Positions 24,330 to 35,117 of a DNA stretch of 64,000 nucleotides are shown here, piece after piece. The stretch is from NCBI GenBank assembly GCA_965225945.1, contig CBDDBZ010000039.1:480001-544000 (forward strand), given 5' to 3'. The notes beneath the pieces were generated by a model, which saw only the letters and a program-made list of their open reading frames with translations, ran no database searches and was not told the DNA's origin. The DNA comes from Alphaproteobacteria bacterium. Lineage in GTDB: Bacteria > Pseudomonadota > Alphaproteobacteria > GCA-2731375. The first letter of the stretch is position 1. The number at the start of each line of letters is the position of its first letter. The translations under genes were made by a program, and so were the position numbers.

Positions 24330-25556
24330 GTGCGGCCGAGCCTGGACGACGTTCTGAAGGCGGCGAAAATCATCGAGGGCCGCGTGGTGGCAACGCCGAC
24401 GCTGCTCTCCGGCGCCTTGTCCCAGGCCACCGGCGCCGAGATCCACCTGAAGCTCGAGAATCTGCAATACACCTCCTCCTTCAAGGAACGGGGCGCGCTG
24501 GTCAAGCTGGATAGCCTGACGGGGGAAGAGCGCGAGCGCGGCGTCATCACCGTCTCGGCCGGCAATCATGCCCAGGGCGTCGCCCATCACGCCCGCCGCC
24601 TCGCCGTTCCGGCGACCATCGTGATGCCGGAGGGCACGGCGAACATGAAGATTCGCCGGACCGAGACTCTCGGCGCCCGCGTCGTCCTCCACGGCGAGAG
24701 TGTCGAGGCGGCGGGCGCGCACGCCGAGCGACTGCGTGCCGAGGCGGGCCTGGTGTTCATCTCGCCCTACGACGACGAGAAGATCATCGCCGGCCAGGGC
24801 ACGGTGGCGCTGGAGCTGCTGCGCGACGCACCGGGACTCGACGTCGTCGTCGTGCCGATCGGCGGCGGCGGCCTGATTGCCGGGATCGCCGTCGCCGCCA
24901 AGGGCCTCCAGCCGGGAATCGAGATCATCGGCGTCGAAAGCGAACTCTACCCTTCGATGATCGAGGTGATCCGGGGCGGGCCGGCGGTCGTCGGCGGACA
25001 GACGCTGGCCGACGGCATCGCCGTCAAGGCGGCGGGGCGTTTGACGCGTCCCCTGATCGAGGCCTTGGTCGACGATCTCACTACCGTCTCGGAGACCGAT
25101 ATCGAGCGGGCGATCGCGCTGCTGCTGGACGAGGAGAAGCTCGTCGCGGAGGGCGCTGGCGCCGCCGCGCTCGCGGCCGTGCTGAATGAGCCGGAGCGGT
25201 TCCGGGGGCGGCGCGTCGGCGTGATCGTCAGCGGCGGCAACATCGATCTGCGCCTGCTGACCTCGCTTCTGACGCGAGCACTCTCGCGCGACGGCCGCGT
25301 CGTCCGACTCCGGGTCGAGATCGCCGATCGGCCGGGCGTGCTCGCCGCCGTCTCCGCCGTCGTCGCCGAGCGTCGCGCCAACATCCTGGAAGTGGCCCAC
25401 CGGCGCGGTTTCCTCGACGTGCCGGCACGCCACGCCGATCTCGACATCGTGCTGGAGACCCGGGACCGGGCGCACATCGAGGCGGTTCTGGGGGGCTTGG
25501 AAGAAGCGGGCTACCGGGCGCGGGTGCTGAGCGAAATGGACGCCGACGGGTCCTGA
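24330..25556 (+). CDS. ilvA: Threonine ammonia-lyase with C-terminal ACT domain
   Basis: KLENLQYTSSFKERGA, SAGNHAQG, PIGGGGLIAG, SGGNID, DRPGVL. Confidence 0.92.
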   Translation: MRPSLDDVLKAAKIIEGRVVATPTLLSGALSQATGAEIHLKLENLQYTSSFKERGALVKLDSLTGEERERGVITVSAGNHAQGVAHHARRLAVPATIVMPEGTANMKIRRTETLGARVVLHGESVEAAGAHAERLRAEAGLVFISPYDDEKIIAGQGTVALELLRDAPGLDVVVVPIGGGGLIAGIAVAAKGLQPGIEIIGVESELYPSMIEVIRGGPAVVGGQTLADGIAVKAAGRLTRPLIEALVDDLTTVSETDIERAIALLLDEEKLVAEGAGAAALAAVLNEPERFRGRRVGVIVSGGNIDLRLLTSLLTRALSRDGRVVRLRVEIADRPGVLAAVSAVVAERRANILEVAHRRGFLDVPARHADLDIVLETRDRAHIEAVLGGLEEAGYRARVLSEMDADGS

Positions 25557-25587
25557 TCGGCGCCCGCCTCCTAGCCGATCGATCACC

Positions 25588-26073
25588 TCAATCCCCGGCG
25601 GCGACGCCTGCGTATCGACCCCGATGGTAGACCAGGGGCTCCACCCCTTCCGCGACGGTGATGTCGCCGACGCGGCCGATCAGAATCACGTGATCGCCAC
25701 CGTCGTGGCGCGCGTCGACCTGGCATTCGAAGCTGGCGACGGCGCCCGCGAGACGCGGCGGCCCGGCCTCGCTCCGCATCCGACGCACGTCCTCCAGCAC
25801 CGCGTTGCCGGGTTGCGCGAAGTGGTTCGACAAGTCTTCCTGATCCCGTGCCAGGATGTTCACGACAAAGCCGTCCATCGCCATGAAGTCATCGAAACGC
25901 GAGGCCGTGCGCGCCAGGCTAAAAAGCACGAGGGGCGGGTCCAGCGAGACGGAATTGAAGGAATTGACGGTCACCGCGATCGGCTCGTTCTCTCGCGAGA
26001 GCGTGGTGACCAGGGTGACGCCGGTGACGAATTCGCCAAGGGCGTCGCGGAAGATACGGGAATCGAGGCTCAT
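25588..26073 (-). CDS. Flavin reductase family protein
   Basis: FRDALGEFVTGVT, NSFNSVSLDPPLV, GGDHVILIG. Confidence 0.92.
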   Translation of the reverse strand: MSLDSRIFRDALGEFVTGVTLVTTLSRENEPIAVTVNSFNSVSLDPPLVLFSLARTASRFDDFMAMDGFVVNILARDQEDLSNHFAQPGNAVLEDVRRMRSEAGPPRLAGAVASFECQVDARHDGGDHVILIGRVGDITVAEGVEPLVYHRGRYAGVAAGD

Positions 26074-26277
26074 CGGGTCGAAGGGGGTTCCGTTCGGTGA
26101 GACGAAGGGCGGGGCCGAACTATAGCGCGATCGGCCCGCCGCTGCGCAAATTCGATCTCCCCGCGCCGTCGGCGATGCGTGGGAAACGCAAAATTAACCT
26201 CGTCCGACCAGACTCGGCTTCGCGCCCGGATTCGACGATCCGGCGCCTGTCGCGGTCGGGTTTGCACGGGTTCAGCA

Positions 26278-27135
26278 ATGTTTTTTCTCATCGGATTGGT
26301 GATCGTGATCGGCTCCATTCTGGGCGGCTACATGCCGCACGGCGATATACGGGTGCTGTGGCAACCGCTGGAGGTCCTGATCATCATGGGCGCCGCCATC
26401 GGTGGCTTCATCATCGCCAACCCGAAAACGGTCCTCCTCGGCACGGTGAAACAGATCACCCGTGTTCTCAAAGTCGCGCCGCACAAGAAGGACCACTATA
26501 TCGAGCTGCTGACGATGCTCTACGCGATCTTCAGGCTCGCCAACTCGAAGGGCGCGCTGGCGCTGGAGCCGCATATCGAGAATCCCGAGGAAAGCACCCT
26601 CTTCGCCCAGTACCCGGGTTTTGCCGGCAATCACCACGCGGTCGAATTCCTCTGCGACACGCTGCGTCTAATCACCATGGGCTCTGACAATCCGCACGAG
26701 CTGGAGGCGATGATGGACGAGGACATCGAGGTCTTGAAGCACGAATCGGAAAGCGTCGCCCACGCGATCACCACCATGGCCGACGGCTTACCAGCTTTCG
26801 GCATCGTCGCAGCCGTCCTGGGCGTCATCGTCACCATGGGCTCCATCAGCGAGCCGCCCGAAGTGCTGGGCGCCCTGATCGGTGGCGCCCTGGTCGGCAC
26901 CTTCCTCGGTGTGCTGATGGCCTATGGCATCGTCGGGCCGATGGGCCAATACCTCGAGAGCTACGCCGAGGCGGAGATCAAGTATTTCCATTGCCTGAAG
27001 GCGGCAATCCTGGCGCATGTGCAAGGCCATGCGCCGGCCATTTCGATCGAATACGCCCGCAAGGGCCTATTCGCCCACGAGCGCCCCAGCTTCTACGACG
27101 TCGAGGAAGCGGTGGCGAACGTGCAGGCCGCCTAG
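26278..27135 (+). CDS. motA: Flagellar motor stator protein MotA
   Basis: LWQPLEVLII, GLPAFGIVAAVLG, ALVGTFLGVL, IEYARK. Confidence 0.95.
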   Translation: MFFLIGLVIVIGSILGGYMPHGDIRVLWQPLEVLIIMGAAIGGFIIANPKTVLLGTVKQITRVLKVAPHKKDHYIELLTMLYAIFRLANSKGALALEPHIENPEESTLFAQYPGFAGNHHAVEFLCDTLRLITMGSDNPHELEAMMDEDIEVLKHESESVAHAITTMADGLPAFGIVAAVLGVIVTMGSISEPPEVLGALIGGALVGTFLGVLMAYGIVGPMGQYLESYAEAEIKYFHCLKAAILAHVQGHAPAISIEYARKGLFAHERPSFYDVEEAVANVQAA

Positions 27136-27147
27136 GACCCCCCGACC

Positions 27148-28188
27148 ATGGCGGGCGCCAACGATGACGCCACGATCGTCATCAAGAAGGTCATCAAGGT
27201 CGCCGGCGGCCACCACGGCGGCGGCTGGAAGGTCGCCTATGCCGACTTCGTGACGGCGATGATGGCGTTCTTCCTGCTGCTCTGGCTGCTGAACGTCACC
27301 TCCAGCGAGCAGCGCCAGGGGATCGCCGACTATTTCGCGCCGAGCGCGGCCTCCATCGCCACCGAGAGCGGGTCGGGCGGCCTTCTCGCCGGCAAGTCGA
27401 TGGCCGAGGAGGGAGTCCAGGCGGACGCCATGGCCCCGCCCGTCGTCACCTTCGAGATCACCTCGCCCAAGGGCGCGCAGGACGAGGACAGCCGCAGCAC
27501 GAAACAGGCCGGCGATACGCCGCCCACCGATCTATCGCCGCCGGAACCCTCGTCCGAGCAGACGCCCGAGCAAACGGCCGAGCAGACGGCCGAGCAGACG
27601 CCCGAGCAAGCGCCCGAGCAGAGGTCCGAGGACGCCGCCCCGCGCCCGCCGACGGAGGCCGAGATCCAACGTCAACTGGCCGAGAACGAGCAGGCGATGT
27701 TCGAGGAGACCCAGCGGAACATCGATGTGGCCATCGCCGATCTGGAGGAGTCGGAAGCGATTCGCCAGAGCCTGATCATCGACAGCACGCCGGAAGGCCT
27801 CAGGATCCAGATCACCGATCGGGATGGCAAGTCGATGTTCCCGAGCGGCAGCGCCGCCATGCATGAACATATGGAGGCATTGATCGCCAAGATCGCCCGC
27901 GTCCTGGAGCGGACGCCAAATCCGATTTCGATCACCGGCCATACCGATTCCGTCCCCTACCGGGGCGACCGCGCCTACGGCAACTGGGAACTCTCCTCCG
28001 ATCGCGCCAACGCCTCGCGCCGGGCCTTGATCGAATATGGCGTGTCGGACGATCGGATCTCCTACGTCTCCGGCCGGGCGGCAACGGAACCGCTCATCGA
28101 AGCGGACCCCGCGCTCCCGGCCAATCGCCGGATCTCGATCGTGCTGTTGCGCAATAACCCAGTAAACATAGGCAGTTCGGCCCCCTAG
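27148..28188 (+). CDS. motB: Flagellar motor protein MotB
   Basis: WKVAYADFVTAMMAFFLLLWL; OmpA-like domain GHTD, NWELSSDRA, NRRISI. Confidence 0.95.
   Translation: MAGANDDATIVIKKVIKVAGGHHGGGWKVAYADFVTAMMAFFLLLWLLNVTSSEQRQGIADYFAPSAASIATESGSGGLLAGKSMAEEGVQADAMAPPVVTFEITSPKGAQDEDSRSTKQAGDTPPTDLSPPEPSSEQTPEQTAEQTAEQTPEQAPEQRSEDAAPRPPTEAEIQRQLAENEQAMFEETQRNIDVAIADLEESEAIRQSLIIDSTPEGLRIQITDRDGKSMFPSGSAAMHEHMEALIAKIARVLERTPNPISITGHTDSVPYRGDRAYGNWELSSDRANASRRALIEYGVSDDRISYVSGRAATEPLIEADPALPANRRISIVLLRNNPVNIGSSAP
27553..27636 (+). repeat. 12-bp coding tandem repeat (about 7 units) in the motB linker
   Basis: Units of the form nccgagcaracg encoding SEQT/PEQT/AEQT. Confidence 0.85.
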
Positions 28189-28984
28189 GCCGGACCATCC
28201 GGACCTCGCGCCGCAAATTCCGTTTAGAACCTGACGATCACGTCCCACATGTCGATGCATGAGGGAAATCCATGAACATCCGAAGGGCTGGCCCAAGGGC
28301 CGACTACGGATCGGTCGCGGCCCGATCTTCGCGGACGCCGTCGACCTCGAGGCCCCCGATGTGGCGGGCGAGAGCTTGTGGGCGCCGGCATGGTACACGA
28401 CGGCATTTACGTAGGACGTTGAAAAGGTTGTAGGATTCCCGATTCACTCCACGACGAGTCAAGAGGGAAATCATGCGAGACAACCCGATCAACGCCCTGC
28501 GTGAGACGCTACGATGCGGCTTCGCCTTTCGCAAGAGCCGTCTGGAGAGCCTTTGCGTCTTGGTCTTCGGCGTGTTCGTCGCCCGGACGGTGAACCTCTC
28601 TCACTTGGCCTGCCACTTTCCGGGGCGCGCGCGATCCAGCTCCAACTATCGGCGCCTGCAACGGTTTTTCGAGCAAGTCGATTTCGATTACGATCGCCTC
28701 GCCGAGTTCCTGGTCGCGATGATGGGGCTCCAGGCGGGGCCGTGGCGGCTGACCATGGACCGGACCAACTGGCGGCTGGGTCGCCGCGACGTCAACATCT
28801 TGATGATCGGCATCGTCAACCGCGCCATCGCCATTCCCGTGTGCTGGCGGGTGCTCGACAAGGCGGGCAATTCCAATACCAAGGAGCGGATCGCGATCCT
28901 CGAACACGTCCTCCGGCTCTTCGGGGTCGACAAGATCGCCAGCCTCCTGGCCGACCGGGAATTCATGGCTGGCATGGTTGCAAG

Positions 28985-29721
28985 CTTGCCTATCCGGCTA
29001 TATGTAGTGTGTCTCCTTGGACTGCAGGCAAGGGCCGGCGCAGGCGCATTGAGGAGGCGATCCGGCTAATTCTTGATTGTTCTGAAAACCGAACCGGAGT
29101 TTAATTCACGTCACGTACTTAACATCGGGGGACGGAACGGTGGCGACCAAGGGAAAAACGAAGAAACCCACGGCCAGACGGGAAGCTGCTGATGAAACGA
29201 CATCGTCTGAGCGATTGACGGCACTAGTCGAAGAAAGCGACGCGCTGGCACGAATCGTTGCGAAGAACCCGTCCGCGCCTGTTAGTCTCCTGCGCGTTTT
29301 GAGTCGCAGCGAAGACGAAGCGACACGCAAGAACGTGATCCTCAATCCGTTTATTTCATATGACGTATTGAGCGAACTTGAAAACCAGCTCACAGAGCTA
29401 TTTGTGAATAATCCGGCACTCGAATCCTACAATTCAATGAAGCTCTGATTTCCTGGAATATTCCATCGGTGTCGTTCACCTCCATTTCAGATAAATTTCA
29501 ATGAAGTGACGGTCCTTTATGCAACGTGGCGTTTTGCCAAATCCGACTCAATGATTAGGATTTCCACCACGCTAAAGTGTCGCCTAAAAGGGCTACAATG
29601 CCGTCCGAGTCCCTGCTCGGCATCGCCGGAGATATCTCCGCTTCGACCTGCACCGAGCTTTACTCAGGAAAATGGGTGCACACTACATATAGTGGGTGTG
29701 GGTGATAACCGGATAGGCAAG
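28985..29721 (+). mobile_element. Non-autonomous IS1595-family (ISSod11-like ends) cassette, copy 1
   Basis: Ends cttgcctatccgg; 8-bp duplication gttgcaag / gttgcagg; left repeat lacks 16 bp; no transposase. Confidence 0.88.
29140..29448 (+). CDS. Leucine-rich-repeat-variant-like cargo protein (102 aa, possibly truncated)
   Basis: LARIVAKNPSAPVSLLRVLSRSEDEATRKNVILNP..VLSEL..LFVNNPAL resembles LRV helical repeats. Confidence 0.55.
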   Translation: MATKGKTKKPTARREAADETTSSERLTALVEESDALARIVAKNPSAPVSLLRVLSRSEDEATRKNVILNPFISYDVLSELENQLTELFVNNPALESYNSMKL

Positions 29722-30753
29722 GTTGCAGGAAAAGGCCATCCCCTTTCACATCCGCATCCGATCCAACATCAAGATCGCCAACACGCGTGGTCGCATGGTC
29801 AAGGCGAGGGAGCTGTTTCGCGACCTCAAACCCGGGGAAAGCCGCATCCTCTCCAACGCCAGGCGCCTCTCGGAGGCCAGAAAACCCAAGGCCAGGCCCG
29901 TCTTCGTCGCCGCGCTCCATCTCAAGACCGGCGAACTGTTGATCGTCGTGACCAACGACGCGCCCGAGGAGGCCTTGGCCATCTACGCCCAGCGCTGGCA
30001 AATCGAGACCCTCTTCGCCGCCTTGAAAACCCGTGGCTTCAACCTCGAAGACACCCACATGACCGACCCGGAGCGCATCTCCAAGCTCACCGCCGTCCTT
30101 TCCATCACCTTCTGCTGGGCGCACAAAGTCGGCGATTGGCTCCACGAGGCCGAGCCGATCCGCCTCAAAACCCACAAAAGGATGGCAAAATCCATCTTCC
30201 GATACGGTTTCGAGTGGATAAGGCGACAGCTCGTCAATCCTATCGACAGGCGTCAAGCCATTGAGCTGATTCGTTTCCTCGTCCCCGGAAAACCACCAGT
30301 CCAGGTGCCCAGGCCAAAGCCAGCATGAACGAGTCGTGTACTGTGGGGCGCCGGTCTATTTCGAGGGCATCCGGAGCAAGCGGATCCTCGCCTATTTGAT
30401 CGACCTCTGCCTGGTGCTGGCGCTGAGCGGCGCCTGGTGGATCATCGGCTCGGTGCTGTCGGTCTTCACCCTCTTCGCCTTCTGGCCCCTGGTCGCCGTC
30501 GGCGCGGTACTGCTGCCGCTGGCCTATCACACTTATTTCGTCGGCGCGCCCGGCAACGCGACGCCCGGGATGCGGGTGATGGGGGTCCGGGTGATGGCCT
30601 GGACCGGCAACGAGGTGAGCTATCCGCAGGCCCTGGTACAGACGCTACTGTTCTACGCCACGGTAGCGTTCACCAACGGCCTCATCCTTCTGGTCTCCTT
30701 CTGCAACGATCGGGGTCGCTGCCTGCACGACCTGCTGTGCGGCACCGTCGTCG

Positions 30754-33165
30754 TCAACGTGACCGATCGCCCGGTCCTGCACGACGGGCGGGCGTAGGAA
30801 ACCCGGTCAGCGCGCCCCCGCGGGGCTCCAGAACCAGCCGTTCCGACGGCGCCGCCTCGAAGCGGGCGCGTGCCGTCGGCACCTCGACATATTCTCCCCG
30901 CGACCAGGCCTCGGCCATGTTCCGATAGCGCGACGAGAGCGGATGGCCCGACTGTCCCGTCGGCAGGATGAAGCGTGAGTTGTCCAGGTCCGAGAGATCA
31001 TAGATGGCGCGAAAACTGGGCCCGTGCCGTGAGGGGAAGAGCGTCTCGTCGCCGCCGAAGGCATGGGGCAGCGCATTGATCGTGTAGCCGTCGCCCCCGG
31101 CGCCGACCGAGAGGTCGAACAAGCGGCCGAGAATCGGTACAGCCGAGAACGGACGGTGCGCATGTCTCGCGACATGTGCCTTGCCCCAGCGCCATTTCCG
31201 CAGGTCGATGCCGTGGCGGCGGACGAGGCTCGCCCGCGCGCGATCGAAGGCGAGACGGGCGATTGCCTCGCAGTCCTCTTTCGGGTTCGTCGTCACGTCG
31301 TCGCACCACCCGGCCTTGTCGCCCTTCAGCACCGACAGCATGAAGCGGGATCTTCCGCCCCACAGGCGCGGGAACAGCGGGCCCAACTCGTCGCCGTAGA
31401 CCAGCCGCGTCAGCTCCCGGTACCAGGCGGCGAAGATCAGTGGCGCCGGCCGCTCGGCCGCCATCCGCCCGTCCCAATCCTCCAACAGCTTGGTTGCTTG
31501 CCCATCCTCGGCGGCGGCGCGGCGGAGCAGGCCCAGCAGCTCCCGGGCCAGCGGCGACAGCACGTCCGATTGCATGGCCGCCACATCGTCGATGCCGAGA
31601 CGCGGCGTGGCCGACAGCAGCTCGGCGATCCGCCGGGCGCGCAGACCGCTTCCCCACTCATGCGTCAGGTGGTGGGGATAGTCGTCCTCGAGCACCTTGT
31701 GGTTGGCGTTGACGAGCGTCTGCGAGGGGGGATTGAGCTTGCGTGGCAAGGCCTCGAAAGGCAGGTATCCGAGCCAGTCGTACTTGGCCTCCCAGCCCGG
31801 TTGCGGCAATACCCCCTCGATCTCGTTGTCGCGACCCCGCAGCGGTGTCCGACCGGGGGTCAGGAAGCCGATGTCGCCGTCGACGTCGGCATAGAGAAAG
31901 CTCTGCTGCGGGGCGTGGTAGTCGGACAAGGTGGCGTTGAACGAACGCCAGTCCGTCGCCGTCGCCAGCCCGAACGAGGCCTTCATCGTCAGGTCGCGGG
32001 GCTCGAGCGCCGTCCAGGCCAGCGCCATCGCGTGGCCCTCGATCGCGATTCGCCTCCCGGCTTCGAAGAGGTCCGAGAGGACCGGCCCGTGCCGGCTCTC
32101 GCGAATCCGGATCGCCACGTCCTCGCCGCCGCGCACCTTGATGGTCTCGTGCCGGATCTCGAAGCGGCGGGGGCCGCTCGGCGTCAGATATCGCTCCGGA
32201 TCCCCCGGCGACGATTTTTCGAGATAGAGGTCTTGGAGGTCGCTGCCGGTGTTGGTCATCGCCCAGGCGATCCGGCGGTTGCGGCCCAGCACCACGGTCG
32301 GCAGACCCGGGATCGTCGCCCCGACGACGTCGTGATCGGGCCAACTCAAGTGTGCCAGATACCACAGCGATGGCGCCTGCAGGGCGAGATGGGGATCGTT
32401 GGCGAGCAGCGGCTTGCCGGTTCTCGTGCGCCCGCCCGCGATCGCCCAGGCATTGGAGCCGATACCCGGCGGCGTCGCCAGGCTGGGGAGTGGCCCCTCC
32501 GACGCCCGAGCGAAGGCGGCGCCTCGGGGTTCCCGGTCCGTGTAGGGCGGCAAGAAATCCGCCGTCTGTTCGGGCGTCAGGCGGCGCGAGAGGGCGAGCC
32601 GCGCCAGTTCCGAGCGCCAGTTTCCGTCGAGGTCGAGCGCCATCAGCTTCGGCCACAACAGGGGGTCGGCGGCGGTCCACGGTTCCGGCGCGTGACGCAG
32701 GATGGTGAATTCGGGCGGCAGGGCGTCGCCACCATCCAGGAAAGCGTTGATCCCGGCGACATAGGACTCGATCAGGCGGCGGGTGGCGGCATCGAGGAAA
32801 CGGAGGTTGGCGGCCGCGACGCGGCCGAGGCCGAGGGTTCGCATGACGCGATCGCTTGCAAGCACGTCGGCGCCCAGGATTTCCGCCAACCGTCCGGCAC
32901 CGAGCCGGCGGGCGAACTCCATCTGCCAGAGCCGATCCTGGGCATGCGCGAAGCCGAGACCGAAATGCGCATCGGCGCGGGTCGCGGCCAGGATATGCGG
33001 CACGCCGTTCGCGTCTCTGACGATCTCCACGCGAGCGGAGATTCCGTCCACGACACGGCGGCCCTCGCTCGACGGCAGGCTCCGGGCGAGCCACAGGACG
33101 CCGGCGCCAAACGCCAGCATGGCGAGCAAGACCGAGACCAGGGCGAGGCGGGGAAGCGTCTTCAT
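30754..33165 (-). CDS. Penicillin acylase family (Ntn-hydrolase) protein
   Basis: RDANGVPHI, AQDRLWQM, nucleophile GSNAWAI, LANDPHL, GQSGHPLS. Confidence 0.93.
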   Translation of the reverse strand: MKTLPRLALVSVLLAMLAFGAGVLWLARSLPSSEGRRVVDGISARVEIVRDANGVPHILAATRADAHFGLGFAHAQDRLWQMEFARRLGAGRLAEILGADVLASDRVMRTLGLGRVAAANLRFLDAATRRLIESYVAGINAFLDGGDALPPEFTILRHAPEPWTAADPLLWPKLMALDLDGNWRSELARLALSRRLTPEQTADFLPPYTDREPRGAAFARASEGPLPSLATPPGIGSNAWAIAGGRTRTGKPLLANDPHLALQAPSLWYLAHLSWPDHDVVGATIPGLPTVVLGRNRRIAWAMTNTGSDLQDLYLEKSSPGDPERYLTPSGPRRFEIRHETIKVRGGEDVAIRIRESRHGPVLSDLFEAGRRIAIEGHAMALAWTALEPRDLTMKASFGLATATDWRSFNATLSDYHAPQQSFLYADVDGDIGFLTPGRTPLRGRDNEIEGVLPQPGWEAKYDWLGYLPFEALPRKLNPPSQTLVNANHKVLEDDYPHHLTHEWGSGLRARRIAELLSATPRLGIDDVAAMQSDVLSPLARELLGLLRRAAAEDGQATKLLEDWDGRMAAERPAPLIFAAWYRELTRLVYGDELGPLFPRLWGGRSRFMLSVLKGDKAGWCDDVTTNPKEDCEAIARLAFDRARASLVRRHGIDLRKWRWGKAHVARHAHRPFSAVPILGRLFDLSVGAGGDGYTINALPHAFGGDETLFPSRHGPSFRAIYDLSDLDNSRFILPTGQSGHPLSSRYRNMAEAWSRGEYVEVPTARARFEAAPSERLVLEPRGGALTGFPTPARRAGPGDRSR

Positions 33166-33317
33166 CGGCCGGTTCCGCCGACGGCGGGCTTGCCGTCGGC
33201 GGCAATGATCGGTTTCGCGACGGCCGCTGTCCAATCCCACCTTTCGACGGAGGGATGCGGGTGATACAACGGCCCCTGGTGGGCGGGGCTGGCGACGCGC
33301 GAGGGAGGACGGCGAAG

Positions 33318-34202
33318 ATGGGCGAGAAGGTGGCGTTTATTGGTCTCGGCACCATGGGCTATCCGATGGCGGGCCATCTCGCGGCCGCCGGTCACGAGGT
33401 CAAGGTCTACAACCGCACCCCGAGCAAGGCCGAGGCCTGGGTCGCGCAACACGGCGGCGGCCACGCGGCGAGCCCGCGCGAGGCGGCGGCCGGTGCCCGG
33501 GTCGTCTTCGCCTGTGTCGGCGCCGACCACGATCTGCGCCAGATCGCCCATGGCGAGGATGGTCTGCTCGCCGGGCTGGAGGCGGGCGCGATCTTCTGCG
33601 ATCACACCACCGCGTCGGCCGACGTCGCCCGCGAGCTTTACGATGCCGCGAAGGCGGGTGGCTTCGGCTGCCTCGACGCGCCGGTTTCCGGCGGCCAGGC
33701 AGGGGCCGAGAACGGCGTGTTGACGGTCATGGTCGGTGGCGACCGGGCCGACTTCGAGGTCGCCGAACCGATCATCGATTGCTATGCCCGGGAGTGCCAG
33801 TTGATGGGCCCGCCCGGCGCCGGGCAGCTCACCAAGATGGTCAACCAGATCTGCATTTCGGGCCTGGTGGAGGCGCTCTCCGAAGCGCTCAACTTCGCCG
33901 TCATGGCCGGACTCGACGGCCATCAGGTGGTCGACGTGATCTCCAAGGGCGCGGCCCAATCGTGGCAGATGGAGAACCGCCACAAGACCATGCTCGCCGG
34001 CGAATATGAACACGGCTTCGCGGTGCAGTGGATGCGCAAGGATCTCGACATCTGCTTCGATCAGGCCAAGAAGATGGGAATTTCGCTTCCCCTGGCCGGG
34101 CTGGTCGACCAGCTCTATGGCGAGGTCGAGGCCATGGGCGGCACCCGGTGGGACACCTCCGGGCTGATGGCCAGACTGGTGGCGGCACGGCCGAAATCTT
34201 GA
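33318..34202 (+). CDS. NAD(P)-dependent oxidoreductase, 3-hydroxyisobutyrate dehydrogenase family
   Basis: FIGLGTMGYPMA, DAPVSGG, GAGQLTKMVNQ. Confidence 0.92.
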   Translation: MGEKVAFIGLGTMGYPMAGHLAAAGHEVKVYNRTPSKAEAWVAQHGGGHAASPREAAAGARVVFACVGADHDLRQIAHGEDGLLAGLEAGAIFCDHTTASADVARELYDAAKAGGFGCLDAPVSGGQAGAENGVLTVMVGGDRADFEVAEPIIDCYARECQLMGPPGAGQLTKMVNQICISGLVEALSEALNFAVMAGLDGHQVVDVISKGAAQSWQMENRHKTMLAGEYEHGFAVQWMRKDLDICFDQAKKMGISLPLAGLVDQLYGEVEAMGGTRWDTSGLMARLVAARPKS

Positions 34203-34400
34203 TCTGGAGCGTTCGAGATCGTTCGAGTCCGCCCGTCGGCCGGTTCTTAATTGATCCGCCTGGCTGCGCCCGAGGGCGATGACGATACGATCGGCCCGCC
34301 CTTCGATATCCGTGGACATGGTTGCGACGAGCGCCGAGACGCCGCCGCGAATTTCACCCGGTTGGCCCACGGTGTCTGGTGGCGATGTCGCGAGGAAAAA

Positions 34401-34477
34401 TGGCGCGCTCGGAGGGATTCGAACCCCCGACCCCCAGATTCGTAGTCTGGTGCTCTATCCAGCTGAGCTACGAGCGC
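34401..34477 (-). tRNA. tRNA-Arg (ACG)
   Basis: Reverse complement gcgctcgtagctcagctggatagagcaccagactACGaatctggggg..ggttcgaatccctccgagcgcgcca forms a cloverleaf ending in CCA. Confidence 0.97.
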
Positions 34478-34728
34478 GTCGGCGAAGGGCACCCGAGGAA
34501 ATCCGTCCCTCGGCGCCTTCGGTCTCGGCCGCCGCGCCACGGCGCGACGGCGACGGCGACGGCCCGGGATAGCCGAACTCGCCGCCGATGGCAAGATCGG
34601 CGCGCCGCGCCCGGCCGGCGGGGATTTGCCTCCACGGTTATGATGGATCGGGCGCCGTGCGACAATCGAAGGGCCGGCCCGGGCCGCGCGAGGGCCGCGC
34701 GAGGGCCCCTGGGGGGGGGGGAGACGAC

Positions 34729-35058
34729 ATGAGCGCCAAGACCACCGTGTGGCGTTTGACCCTGGAGGCGCCGGCCAACGGCATTCTGTTCGATGCCGCG
34801 GGCGGGCCCCTCGACCTCGTCGGCGAGGGCCTGCCGGGCGACCTGATCCGCCAGATCGAGACCCTGCAAGCCGATTCCCGCGCCTTCTGGCGCGGCGCCG
34901 TCCAGATCATGGCCAAAACGCCCCAACGCGAGGTGGTGGAGATCCTGGAGAGCGCCGGAGCCGACGCCGTGCTGGAGGCGGCCGAGGCCTTGATCGTCGC
35001 CCTCGGCCTCGCCCGGCCCGAGGTCCAGCTCGACATCGACATCTACCTCGTGCCCTGA
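34729..35058 (+). CDS. Hypothetical protein
   Basis: Host-like codon usage; ATG follows a G-rich RBS; no motif recognised. Confidence 0.6.
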   Translation: MSAKTTVWRLTLEAPANGILFDAAGGPLDLVGEGLPGDLIRQIETLQADSRAFWRGAVQIMAKTPQREVVEILESAGADAVLEAAEALIVALGLARPEVQLDIDIYLVP

Positions 35059-35117
35059 AGGCCGACCGGCGGGCTGATAGGGTGCAATCGGGCGAGACAG
35101 GTTAGGGAGGAAGCACC

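Larger units (their letters stand above)
28389..30345 (+). mobile_element. IS4 family element, copy 1, disrupted by a 737-bp cassette
   Basis: Ends catggtacacgac / gtcgtgtactgtg; 9-bp target duplication gggcgccgg; nearly identical to the copy at 52856-54078. Confidence 0.93.
28259..30797 (+). pseudogene. RDD family protein split by IS4
   Basis: Removing the IS4 gives MREIHEHP...ESLWAPVYFEGIRSKRILAYLID...ATPGMRVMG...RCLHDLLCGTVVV. Confidence 0.75.

Noticed and set aside
31063-33264. Long antisense ORFs (also 325-1635, 39518-41584, 48950-50614, 54692-56593)
   Set aside because: Shadow frames of GC-rich genes with no recognisable motifs.
34401-34477. tRNA-anchored genomic island
   Set aside because: No integrase and no duplicated tRNA 3' end found.
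34711-34721. G11 tract as a phase-variation switch
   Set aside because: It lies outside the probable CDS and homopolymer length is unreliable; no supporting context.
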